DNA of 62,036 nt from Girardia tigrina (taxonomy: Eukaryota): contig MQRK01181462.1 in assembly GCA_001938485.1 (NCBI GenBank), positions 70,362-132,397 on the forward strand. Reading direction: 5' to 3'. Position 1 is the first letter of the stretch, and every line of letters begins with the position of its first letter. The notes beneath the pieces were generated by a model, which saw only the letters and a program-made list of their open reading frames with translations, did not search any database and was not told the DNA's origin. Position numbers and translations under genes: made by a program. This document shows positions 1-12,064 of this stretch, piece after piece.

Positions 1-85
1 AGTGTGTTGACAACATGGGGGGATATTTTGATTAAAAATAAAATGTTATTATTTAAAAAAAATCGATTTACATTTTACTTTAATT

Positions 86-782
86 TTGACCCGTTTCATA
101 TCGAACAACCTAATATCTCTGATGCAGGACTGGTCGCGTATGAAGTGTCGGAGTGCTTATAACTCTGAGTTTTTTAATGAATTCCTCGAGAGTCACCTAG
201 CTGCCTACTTTAGGTCTAACTCGGAGAAGATTCTAATCATGGACAACGAGAGGTTTCACCATGCGCGAATAACTATCGCCAAGTTAGAGGAATTAGGTAT
301 TACGTATATGTACCTTCCTCCCTACTCTCCTCAATTTAATCCGATCGAGGAGTTCTTTTCGATGATTAAAGCCCGTTTTAATGGTATACGTAACCTCGCT
401 AATACTGTCGAAGTTGATCTTGACTCTGTTGTTATGAGTGATTTTAGAGCTTCGTGTCTAGGATTTTAAGATAATATGCTCAGATGGGTTGAGAAAGCAA
501 GGCAGAGACTATATTATATATAATAAACGAATTTGTATAATTTTTTATTTTTTTTTGTGTGTAATATAGAAATTCAATGTGTGTAATATAGAAATGCAAT
601 GTGTGTAATATAGAAATGCAATGTGTGTAATATAGAAATGCAAGGGTAGTAATATAGAAATGCACGGGGTGTAATATAGAAATGCAATGTGTGTAATATA
701 GAAATGCAATGTGTGTAATATAGAAATGCAAGGGTAGTAATATAGAAATGCACGGGGTGTAATATAGAAATGCAATACCCTA
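86..782 (+). mobile_element. IS630/Gambol-like Tc1-superfamily DD34E transposon, 3' half with right terminus
   Basis: ORF 86-469 has ILIMDN...YLPPYSPQFNPIEEFFS (34 residues between D and E). It is followed by a 22-bp tandem array ending ...gcaataccc-ta. Confidence 0.85.
557..775. repeat. 22-bp subterminal tandem array with an 88-bp higher-order repeat
   Basis: Units aatatagaaatgca+(atgtgtgt | agggtagt | cggggtgt) in the order A',A,A,B,C,A,A,B,C plus a partial unit. Confidence 0.95.
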
Positions 783-3129
783 TAATTAAATGTTGTGATG
801 CGTCAGCGAATCGCGAATCTACGGTGCAATGCGTTAGAAAGAAAGTGATCAAAAAATCGAAATTTCATTAAATTAAAAATTAAATTTCATTTAATAAAAA
901 TCGAAGGATTGATATCGAAATGCGTATCAGAGTTCCGAGTTATGTTACAAACATTTCTGAAGCAAAGGTAAAAATATCATTCAGCAAAAAATACTTGGTG
1001 TATTTCACAGTTAGGTATGGAGCTCACAAAAGAACCTTTATTTCCTATTCAATAATTAGATAACTTGTTACGTTTAAAAAACGTTTGCGTGTAATTTATA
1101 TTTAAAAATTTATAAATATGCCAAATAATTTATTTTTATAAAATAAAATTATTCATTTTCAACATAAAATGTTTCACCAAATCTTAATCTCGTATGCATT
1201 AAATTGCTTATTTTACATCACTTTTATTCAATTAAGAGTACAACTAATTAAAGGCATTGATCAATTCAAACACACACACATATATTCTGACTGTGTGTCT
1301 AATTTACCGGGGTCCTTATCTTGTGTGTACGTTGCTTAAATATTCAATGTTTATTAATTTTTAATTATTGATGGTTTTCATAAGTTTAATTAGGTAATAT
1401 TATTTGAGATTTACGACCCTGAAGGATGGTAAATATACAAAAATATTAGTAATGACATATTATCAATGTTAAGCACTTTAGATTTGTATGTTAATGAATT
1501 CAGTAATGTTAATGTCACTCCCCTAACTTTTTGACCACCCTTTATAATTAAATACTATAAAATTTATTACAAATAATGAATATCTAAAATGTTTTTGAGT
1601 TATTCATTTTGAGTAGTAAACATTATAGTAATATTATAATATTTTTATTAATTTTTGAAAAAAAACATTTTGTAACTCATATACAGACGGTATTTAGGAA
1701 AACAAATAATCATTAATCTATATTATTTCAATCGATCAATGGACGGTTGATAAACGATCAATTCAATGTGATCGTCGTTCTTGCCACTCTATTGTTCTGA
1801 TATTCATTAACAATTGCACAAAATAAAAGATCTGTAAACTTCATTAAACACGATTAAATAAAGATCGATTGATTTATTATAAATAATAATAATATGAATT
1901 GTCATTGTTTTTGTCATTGTTATTATATTTCGTGATTAATAACGCTAGTATTGTAATAATATTAGTAAAATTGATGTCATCAATGATTCTGACCACACAT
2001 GTGTTTAAAGTGTGTATACGCAAGTACTGTTTAACGTGCGTGTGTATGAATTATGTGTGTGTATTATAGTTGACATTGATTAGTAATGATGATAAACTCA
2101 TTAGCATATCACAGCTTGGAACATATGAGTTATTAATTTTATTGTTACACAATATCGATTATTGATTATTGTCGATTATTTTCTTCATTTTCAATTAATT
2201 ATTGACTATTTAATTAACATATTAATTAAAATTTTGAATTTATAATTAATTGAAAATAATTTATTTACATTTTCCATTTATGATACATTATATTTGAAAT
2301 CTGAATAAAATAGAAAAATTATTTTAATATATATATATAAAATTATTTTATTTTAATATACAAAAATAAAACTGACTTATAGGAACTATAATGGTACTAC
2401 AAGAAATGGATCTGAGAGCCTTGACGCAATTGGTAGGGTTGAAGAAAGAGTTAAGGAAATTTGGCTGGTAACAGCAGTTAAGATTCTTTAAAAATTGTTA
2501 GGTTTAAATGTGCCTCAAAATAGTACATATGTAAAATATACAAAAATATTCCTACACCATTATAAAGAAAGTTATTCATTAAAATATGTGTATATATGTA
2601 TTGTATTTTTCCTAGATAATTTGCTTTTTTACCAGCCCTATAGATCAAAAATCTTGCAATGCATTGGATAGGGACTTAAATCTTTAACAGTGTTATCCAT
2701 CACTATCAACCACCAGTTTCATACTACCCCAGCACACCTATCCAAATTGTCATGACCTATTGTGATCGGTCGAAACAAAATAAAATAATGACAAAAAATC
2801 AATACACATTTAACAACGTATTTTAATTTAAAAAAGTCTTTTTCAACTTCAAAGTTATCCAACAGAAGTTTTACTTAATCAGGATTATCAAAGTCATAGT
2901 ACAGCTTCACTGATAGATCTAGCTTGATTACAGCTTGTCAATGCAGCCTAATCATTTAATTAAAAAACTAGATTCGTTGAATACTTGAAATGTTTTTGTT
3001 GGATAGTGCAGGTGCTCATTATCTAGAGTCATTTTTATTGGCTCATGTTTCAAGCTACAAAAAGGTGTGTCTTACCTGGGGGCACTGTCTACTAGACAGT
3101 GTCCAGATAATATTACGTTATATTGAAGA

Positions 3130-3530
3130 GACAATTGTGTAATATCATGTTATTATTTTTTATTTAAACATTTTATTCAAGCTTTTTAGAATGTCACTTG
3201 AATACTTTTTCTCAATTATGTCAAACATTTTAACACTAAAACTTTAGAATTTTTGATTTATAAGGCACTCGTACATTTTTTATATGTTTAACAATTTTAC
3301 TTTTATAATAAGTTTAACTTTGTTCTTTGTTTCATTTGCAGATATAATGAACATCGTCTTCAATTAATTTGCATCGCACCCATTACATGGAAAATGATAA
3401 ACTAAATGAGAACACAATCCAAATGTTGTAATAGGTTTTCTAAACATTCCTTCAACTTTGTCCAGAAAACAATATATGTTCTTATTATATTATCTGCATC
3501 ACTTTTAAAGAAATTTTTAAACTTTTCAAC
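3130..3530 (-). mobile_element. Penelope-like element remnant (GIY-YIG endonuclease region)
   Basis: Minus strand reads FRKPITTFGLCSHLVYHFPCNGCDA. It shares gcacccattacatg and gaacacaatcc with the Penelope copy at about 27196-27241. Confidence 0.6.
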
Positions 3531-3689
3531 ATAAATATTTAAAACAATTTTTATTTTTCTTTCATTGATATGCATACTGATTGATGCAGATTCTAAGCAT
3601 GTTGACGACTAAGACCGGAAAATTAAACCTTTTACATGGCCAGATTTGATAATAAGTCTTTAGAATGATGTGTATTTTTACCACGTTTT

Positions 3690-4360
3690 TATTAGCTTGC
3701 TTTCTTGTCTGTTTGTCTGTTTGCCTGTTTGTCTTTCTGGAACAAATCTTGCGATTGATTTTTCGACCACTTTCAGTCATCCAATTGAGTTGAATTTTTT
3801 TATACAGGCTTGGTTCCGATGGCAATACAATTTGATAAAAAAAATTTTGAAAAAAAATAATTTTTTCTAATTTTTTATGCAAAAAACCACTTACGATTAT
3901 CTACAAATTTATACACTGTATTAAATAGCAATCTTTTCGTTNNNNNNNNNNNNNNNNNNNNNNNNNNNNNNNNNNNNNNNNNNNNNNNNNNNNNNNNNNN
4001 NNNNNNNNNNNNNNNNNNNNNNNNNNNNNNNNAAAAAAATAATTTTTTCTAATTTTTTTTGCAAAAAACCACTTACGATTATCTACAAATTTATACACTG
4101 TATTAAATAGCAATCTTTTCGTTTATTTTCATGAATGAAGTTTTATACAAGTTTGCTTCCGATGACAATACAATTTGATAAAAAAATTTTGAAAAAAAAT
4201 AATTTTTTCTAATTTTTTTTGCAAAAAACCACTTACGATTATCTACAAATTTATACACTGTATTAAATAGCAATCTTTTCGTTTATTTTCATGAATGAAG
4301 TTTTATACAGGCTTGCTTCCGATGACAATAGAATTTGATAAAAAAAATTTTGAAAAAAAG
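3690..4360. repeat. Non-autonomous element remnant (DINE/HINE-like) with a ~180-bp tandem duplication spanning an N gap
   Basis: gtctgttt microsatellite-like core at about 3707-3734, followed by repeated ~180-bp units on both sides of the gap at 3942-4032. Confidence 0.45.
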
Positions 4361-4386
4361 TTCCTAAATGATAACTAAAAATAGTT

Positions 4387-4733
4387 AAATAATATTATTA
4401 ATAAAAAAATTTTTTTATAAAAACAACCACGTTTTTTAAGCATTACCAATGCACTAAAAAGAGGAAAATAATTTCTTTTCTAGACATGTGAGAAATTTTA
4501 TACCTAACCAAAAACGTGGGGCATAGAAATGATCGATTGTTACTAAAAAGCAGTAAAGAGGAAATAGCAGTTACTAATAGCAGTAATTCAGAAATCCGCC
4601 TCACGTTTTTGGTTAGGTATAAAATTCCTCACATGTCTAGAAAAGAAATTATTTTCCTCTTTTTAGTGCATTGGTAATGCTTGAAAAACGTGGTTGTTTT
4701 TATAAAAAAATTTTTTTATTAATAATATTATTA
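4387..4733. mobile_element. Foldback/MITE with ~135-bp near-perfect inverted arms
   Basis: 4387-4522 is the reverse complement of 4598-4733, with a ~75-bp spacer. Confidence 0.8.
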
Positions 4734-6045
4734 TTTGATTCTTTTTAATTCAATACCAAAAATAATAGAATCTTTTAAATCTATTAAAATTAGTTTGTTA
4801 ATTTTATATTTTCAAGATTTTAGTAATTACTTTGTCCGTCATGTGTCAAAAAAAACGTTCTAATGTTGTAAGGATATTTCGTAGATCTTAAGAACTGATT
4901 TTATTTAAAATACGTTTATTTAAAAATGGCTCTGACTAACCATGGTAGAAAAATAGCAAAGCAATGAAATCAAGGGCATTTAACAATCAATAAATAGTAG
5001 CCAAGAATATGTATTAAGCTATTATCTATGTATTCATCAAAAACTGCTATTAACATTCTCTAGAGTACTGCTAGTTCATCATAATCTTTCCTGAAGAAAG
5101 TATGATTTTCCTTAGTAAAAAATATTTCAACAAATATTTCGATATTAAAACTTTAATACACCTATACTGTCAAATTAATTACTAACATTTGTCCTTGGAA
5201 ATTCGCTCTGGCCTACCTACATTTAAGTTAAATAAAGCCTTTCTTTCTGAACTTCTGCGATCAATTTTAAAATTTTTAATCACGAAGGACAGTTGTCTTT
5301 ATAAGTGTATGTCATATCGCAAAATATTTCCTCACTATTATTATTCAGCAACAAATAAAAGTGTATTATTATGTTTTATTCCTCAGTGACCATTTATCTG
5401 GAATTCAAATAAAAAAATAAAAAATACCCACACCCACTATATTAAAAATAGTTTGGGGGTTGAAAGAACTTCTGAAAAGTATCATCAACACCGTAATATC
5501 AAGGAAATGCTATTTCTTCTTCCTATCTAGTCCCAGTTATTTTTGAACAAACGACGTATTTCCTTTAATTCAGTAACTAGTTATATTTCGAACGTTATGT
5601 TTTTTATCAAGTACAGACAAGTTGATCACAAAATGTACTGAGTTATGAGAGTTTTCAATTTCTATTTTTGGATAAACGTAAAGTTCTTTGAATTTTTTTC
5701 TCTATTTTCCTCAAATATATATTAATATCTTAATTATTCGGAATGTTTATTATAAATTTATCTTTCTCATTAATTATTAATTTTTAGAAAGTGTATAAAT
5801 TAAATTTGTGTTGAAATACTCTTGTATTAAATCAGAATATTTTTAAGAAATAAAAATATGTATAAAATTAGATTATGGTTTTACTTCCAACATTTATTAT
5901 TTTAATTATTGATTAATATAAATTTAACCTTGGGTCAAGTATTCAAATGATTATTTATAGTGATTATCTTAGGTTTTATCGATTCCTAAAAAATTTCATT
6001 ATTGAGCCGGCTTACCGATTTGAAAGTTTAGCTAGATAAAAGAAC

Positions 6046-6277
6046 TCACCTTATTTTCTCGATTATACGGCGCCCTCAAATAAACGGCGAACTCGATTAA
6101 GTTTCTGTCATTTTAACACATTCATCAGTATCTATATCTGCGTCTTCATTTATAGTTAAATGTCCATTTTTTAGAAAGGCGTTTGATCTCACTTTATAAT
6201 AAAAACTATTAAAATAATTAACACGAAAACCTTACATTTTAATAAACGGCGCACCGTTTATTCGAGGAAAAACGGTA
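6046..6277. mobile_element. Degenerate MITE (pogo/Tc1-like TIRs)
   Basis: Left caccttattttctcgattatacggcg matches the reverse complement of the right end, taccgtttttcctcgaataaacggtg. Confidence 0.55.
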
Positions 6278-6368
6278 CTTTTATAACAATTTTTGAAAAA
6301 CGCTAAACTGAAACATGTACGTGTCCATGGAATATTCATTAATTTTACATATAAAACATAAATTTATA

Positions 6369-7643
6369 CGTAGTGCGCTCAATAAGTAGTGAGCCTAATA
6401 TAGAAATAATTTTCTGATTCCAATGAATTTTTTTTCATAACAAGCAAGTTATTAAGGTAATATTTGTGATATTTGTTTTAATCTATTATTTGTGTTTAGC
6501 TTAGAGAGCGCATAAATTCGAAAATGTCATTGGAAAACTTCCAATATCGAAGCGTTATTAGTTTCTTGTTAATGAAAGGGAAAAACCGGGAAGAGATATT
6601 CGTAGAGCTTCGTTCTGTTTATGGCGAAGAGAGTCCATCCATATCTACTGTCAAACGAAGGTTCAACCATTTTCGAGATGGTCGAACGTCTGTTTTTGAT
6701 GAAGAAAAGTTAGGTAGGCCACGTGAAATTGGTGAAGAAATAGCGAAAAAACTCAAGTAAATCGTGCAGTATGAGCGACGAATCACCACCAGAGAACTGA
6801 CAATGCGATTAAATGTCAGCACAGGTACCATATAGTCACTGCTTGCGGAAACTGGAATTAGAAAATTGTGTTCACGCTTCATGCCACAGTTTTTAACAGC
6901 AGACATTGATATGCTGCCAGGAAAACTTAAACCTCTATGAAGGTATTGGAGACTGCTTCTTACAGAATATTATGACAATGGATGAAACACCACTTGCCCT
7001 TAATGTCCCAGAATCAAGACGTGAGTCTCAAGAGTGGAAGCTGCCAGGGGAAGGGTGTTCAAAGAAGATGCCATCATCAACCTCTCACAAAAAAGCTCTC
7101 ATGCTCACCACTTTTTGGGATGCAAATGGAATGATCCTTGCTGATTTTGCGGAAACTGGTGTTCGTATCAACAGTGAATACTACTCCAGGCTCGTGCTAC
7201 AGGCCAGAAAGCTGAGAAGGAAGAGCAAAGTTTGTGAGTTATATTATTTGCACGACAATGCACCGATCCACACAAGTGGGCTGTCAATGTCATCAATTGA
7301 GGGTTGGGGCCTCATCCTGCTCTCACACCCTCCATACAGCCCGGATCTGGCGCCATTCGATTATCATCTCTTCAACCACCTCAAGCGAGCTCTCAGGGGT
7401 CAACATTTTACTACGAAAGAAGGCTTGAAGGATGCAGTCTCAAATTTCTTGGCTCAACAGTCACCGAAATTCTTCGAAAAAGCCTTTCTGGACCTTGTTG
7501 TGCGCTGGAAAAAATGTGTTGGTGTGAATGGAGATTTCTTTGAGAAATGATACCTTTATAACTTGCTTGTTTTGAAAAATAAATTTCATTGGAATCGGAT
7601 TATTATTTTTATGTTAGGCTCACTACTTATTGGGCGCACCACG
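6369..7643 (+). mobile_element. Full-length but defective mariner (DD34D)
   Basis: TA on both flanks and ~90-bp TIRs (cgtagtgcgctcaataagtagtgagcc / ggctcactacttattgggcgcaccacg). Transposase 6524-7550 has MDET, HDNA and HPPYSPDLAPFDY, and is broken by stops and a frameshift. Confidence 0.95.
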
Positions 7644-8354
7644 TATTCTTATTTCTAATTAGCGTTACTGAAATTGTCGATCTGCTGCTTTTAGAAGAAA
7701 ATATTAAATATCATGAATATGAATAATAAATGATTACACTAAATATAAAAGTATAAAAAATAAGTTTCTTCGGCATATGTTTACTTAAATTTACTAAATT
7801 TTAATATTAGCTGAGTTTCCTAATATAAATTTTAAAATAATGAAATACAATTTAACAAGTCTAAATGGTATGATAACACGATTCATGCAATACTTCAATT
7901 TACAAAACAAAATTTATTTTCTCATCAATTTTTATATTGTCCTCATCAAAATAATGCCGATGGGATATAATGAATCTTTACAGACGAATATCTAAGTTTT
8001 CAAAATGACGCTGAAGTGCAGGGTTTTGTATATAATTATAATCCGTAGACATTTTTTTTCATAGAATTATTAATTATTTTTTAAAAATTGGTTTCAATTG
8101 CTTGTCATTGACTTTAATATTCATTGAGAAAACACATAGGATAAATTCTTAGATTAGTGAAATGCTCTTCGTCATAAAATAACGGGAAATGAATGTTTTT
8201 TAGTTAACTTAATAATGTAATGTTATTATTACTACTGTTAGTGTGAGAGTGGGCGCAGCGCGGTCGCGGGGTTGAGTGCTCGGTGTTTCCGGGACGAGGG
8301 GGGCGGAAAAAAACAATCTTACCGGAATTCACCTACCACTCATCAATTTCGATT

Positions 8355-8890
8355 TAATTTTTTTTGTTCTGACGTCTCTCTTCGCAATCATATGCATAAT
8401 CATCGGCTCTCACAACAACAGTCGTCGTTCCACGGACCTTATTAATCTCCTTCACAATCAAAACTTTATGTGACTACACATCGTCCATCACTCCCGCCAA
8501 TCGACCCCGTCTTAGTCCAACAAACCCCCACATCGCACTCTTCAACTCATACAAAAATCGACCATCGGCGATCACGCACACGCACTCGTCCTTATCAGAA
8601 ACCTTATCAATCACGGCAGATTGACCACGAAATTCCCCATTTCGATACGATCGATCGACTATTGTCACACACGAATCCCGAACGATCCAATTTCGTTTAA
8701 TTTCAATCTGCAATAGATCTTCTCTGACTGTTTCGATTATTTCCTTCGTACTATCTTTCTCGATGATGATCTTAACGATCGATCCAACGACGATTTTCTT
8801 TGGAATTTCGATCGATCGGATAGATTGCGGCTTGAAATTCGATTTGGCGGTAGTCGCTTTGCGATCGAATTTGATTTTTTGTAAATTCAA
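8355..8890 (-). pseudogene. GPKOW: GPKOW (Spp2/MOS2)-like KOW-domain gene copy, intronless, with premature stop
   Basis: WIVRDSCVTIVDRSYRNGEF...DECVCVIADGRFL resembles the GPKOW C-terminal region as recalled (WLRRDLRVRFVDNMYKGGQY...DTCVCRTDEGRVL). The frame continues past the TAG at 8474-8476 (SHKVLIVKEINKVRGTTTVVVR). Confidence 0.6.
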
Positions 8891-11601
8891 AACACAATTT
8901 TTTTAATCAACAAGACGATAAGTAATGTGTGAATCTTAATTTGCCGAACATCAAATCAATTTTTTCTCTCAAACAATTTGAATTTTTTTCCAACACTACA
9001 ATTTTTTCTCAATAAGTCACGTACACTTATTTAAAAAATTTCCCAATTATATATATATTATATATATATATTATATATATATTATATATATATTAGGTGT
9101 ACAAGTATGAAATGCGGATAATACCTATAAACATTAATGAATTCGAACAAATTTATTTTTTCCGACAATTACATTTTTCGCCAATTAATTCGATTAAACA
9201 AATCGAATAATTTATAATTATTTTTTACAATTTTAAAACCTTTTTTGATCGTATCATTTTTTTATGCCATTTGGCATTTTTTGTTATTTAATTATTTATT
9301 TTTTTATCGTTTAATTATTTTTTTATTACATTCTTTTTTTATTGCTTTTTTGTTTTAAATATTTTTAAATATTATTAAATTATTATTTAATATAACAAGT
9401 GTTCGAAAAACATCACATAAAATATAGAAAACAATTCCCCAAAACAATGAAGCACAACATACAATCGTTTCATTTTGTGAATCGATCAGATAATGTAACG
9501 AATAATGACAAGTTTTATCAAGAATTTGGTTTAAACTGTTCCACTTTGATCATGGTGTGGTGAATATTAACCAATTCATTTTTGACGGTCATGTTTTGTA
9601 GTTTTGAACGTTGAGAGAGTTTAATTTGATTATCGAATTTTCAGCTATGTATGATTTTATTCAGTTCCTTGTCTTTTAATTGCTTTTCTCGAGAGAGTTC
9701 TTTTGCTTCTTCGTCAGAATCTCGTTGAAATTCTCCTTTCAACTCGTAATCATCACACATCATTTTGTGAGATTCGGGGAGTTTAGGTCTCTGCTTTAAA
9801 AAAATCATGATTTTCCATCTAATTACGGTAGTATGCTGAATTTTCTCTTTCAACGATTCTCTTCTAGGAAGAAATATATTCTAATAATTTGATAAATCCT
9901 GTTTGATTAAGACCGGTCTGATCGATTTGTAACCGCGTTATCATCTTTCGATTGGGCGAGATCATCCTTGTCGTCTCCCCCCCCGACGGCGAATCAAACA
10001 ACTACATTTTACATATTTTACAAAGATTTGTGCTAAGGTGGATGTAATTTGTGAGTAACGATTAATTTTATTAAACACATTTCAGTACTTTCGGTAATTC
10101 TAACCGGAAATAATTTTTTGGAGACTCAAATCAGCTTTAAAACGTGTTTTTCAGAAATTGAACGATTTAAAATATATTGTTTTTAGCATAAAATAGAAGA
10201 ATAATCAAGACATGAGTTGGGATAAAAATTTTCTGATTCAGCCATATCCTTTTCCAGTCTTTCCTAAATCTAAATATCAATCAAATTAGGAATTTATCTT
10301 TGAATTAGAAATAATATTATTAGTTTCTTCAAAAATCCACAAACTTTAATTAAACAATATTTGTTTATTGTAGAACCTGAATTTAAATAACAAACAATGA
10401 CGACAGTAAACCATCAACTAAATAATTAACATAAATAAATAAATTTATTTTCGAGAATTTTAAAATAAAAAAGAAATCTCATTTTTAATAATTCTATTAG
10501 ACAAAGTAAAGTTAATCTTTTTAATTAAAAATACAAACTAAAATATAAAAGAATTATAAAAAATTTTCTTTTAAATAAACAAGCATCTCTTTTCTCTAAC
10601 AACATTTTAAAACTTGTTTTTTAAAATAATTTTTTTAATCTCTGTTCCAAAGAAACTGTTTTCCGTTTTTCCATCTTTTTGGATATATAGAAAATTACTG
10701 AATGAAATCGAATGATGTTAAAAAAAAAGACTTTCGTTTTCTCATTTTATTAATAAATTAGTTTATTATTTATTTGTTTTCTTTCGATAAACAAAATGTA
10801 TTTACACGTAATTCCGTCTCTTGTCTTTCAAAAAAGGTTGTATTGAAATATAAATAAATGTACCATATCAATTTTCTTGCTTCCGAATGAAGTTCCACGT
10901 ATATTTTAAAGATCTTTCTTTTAGAAAAAGTCTTTATTTTAGTTTGTAAAAAATTTATTGCCATAAATGCTGATATACAATTTTGAATTGTTTATATAAT
11001 TATTCTTTTGCAAATGAACAAAACGCAACATTTTCATTATAATTTAAATACAGGTTTTCATGAGGTTTTAATCATAAAATATTCAAGCAAGTGCTTCAAT
11101 AAAAATTACTAAAAAATGTCCTTAAATAAACATTTTAGTTTTTATATAAATACTTCGTAAACAAAAAAGTTCAAAGGAAAAGCATATATGCAATTTTTAT
11201 GATCTTATTTCTTTTCCTTCGAATATTTAAGTCACTATGAGTCACTTAAACTGTTCGTCACTTTTGGAGATAACTCATCAGCGTACCGCTTTGAAATTTT
11301 AAAATTTCCATTTGAAGATAAAATTTATTTCAAATGTTTTAAAGATCATTTACCAAAATAATTCGGGGTCAAACAACAATATAGTAATCAACCTTCTTGT
11401 ATAATTACTGTTGATTTGTTTAACAAAATTAAAGGGATGTTTTATATCCAATTAAACTATAAATTAAACTGTTTTATAGCATTTGTTTCTTAATCATTTT
11501 AAAATTAATTTATACGATTACAATATTATATTATATATATATCTTTTATTGATGCATTCACAATGTATTTGTCAATAACTTTGTTATTTCTTTTCTTGTA
11601 G

Positions 11602-11727
11602 TTACATATTGCCGCATCGTGTGGATATTTGGAAGTAGGACGATTTCTAGTTGAGCATGATGTTCCTGTAAACATTTTGGATAAAGATGGCTGGCAACCC
11701 ATGCATGTTGCATCGTGTTGGGGTCAG
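11602..11727 (+). CDS. PPP1R16A: PPP1R16A/B-like ankyrin-repeat protein, internal exon
   Basis: ttgtag| LHIAASCGYLEVGRFLVEHDVPVNILDKDGWQPMHVASCWGQ |gtataa. Ankyrin repeats of the MYPT3/TIMAP family; phase 0/0. Confidence 0.9.
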
Positions 11728-12014
11728 GTATAATTTTATAATAAATAAATACTTTTAATATTTTATTGGTGTTATGTGAAAAATTATTAGATTTATTATA
11801 ATTCTAGGACTAATTTGTCTATATAATCTACATTATTTAATATTTTAGTACTTTATTTCTTTACATTTTTAAACAATTTTATAATAATCCATGATTTAAT
11901 TTTATAATAATAAGTAATAAATAAATATACATTTTTTAGAAAAGAATATTTTAATTAAAATTATAATTTATCATTAAAGATAAAAGTTTACAAAACATTT
12001 TGAATCTATCGGTA

Positions 12015-12015
<1 letters not shown>

Positions 12016-12063
<48 letters not shown>
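12016..12063. repeat. (AAT)n microsatellite
   Basis: About 16 perfect AAT units. Confidence 0.95.

Positions 12064-12064
<1 letters not shown>

Noticed and set aside
557-775. CRISPR-like array, and ORFs 480-731, 545-775 and 574-852
   Set aside because: The variable parts are only 8 bp and themselves repeat; there are no cas genes and the context is eukaryotic. The ORFs are translations of the repeat.
86-782. Fanzor/TnpB cargo with the IS630-like elements
   Set aside because: No RuvC or zinc-finger ORF is present in either element; the full-length copy (1.37 kb) has room only for the transposase.
2383-2467. Possible upstream exon (ag...gt bounded, GC-richer)
   Set aside because: No frame resembles the PPP1R16 ankyrin region; unassigned.
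3790-4360. ~180-bp tandem repeat as a satellite
   Set aside because: Near-identical copies straddle an N gap, so an unmerged contig overlap cannot be excluded.
6085-6132. CTGATGA...GAAA on the minus strand within a MITE
   Set aside because: No stem I pairing and a poor stem II; a chance match.
11235-11285. Hammerhead-like CTGATGA on the minus strand
   Set aside because: The second box reads GAAC, stem II is weak, and stems I and III do not form.
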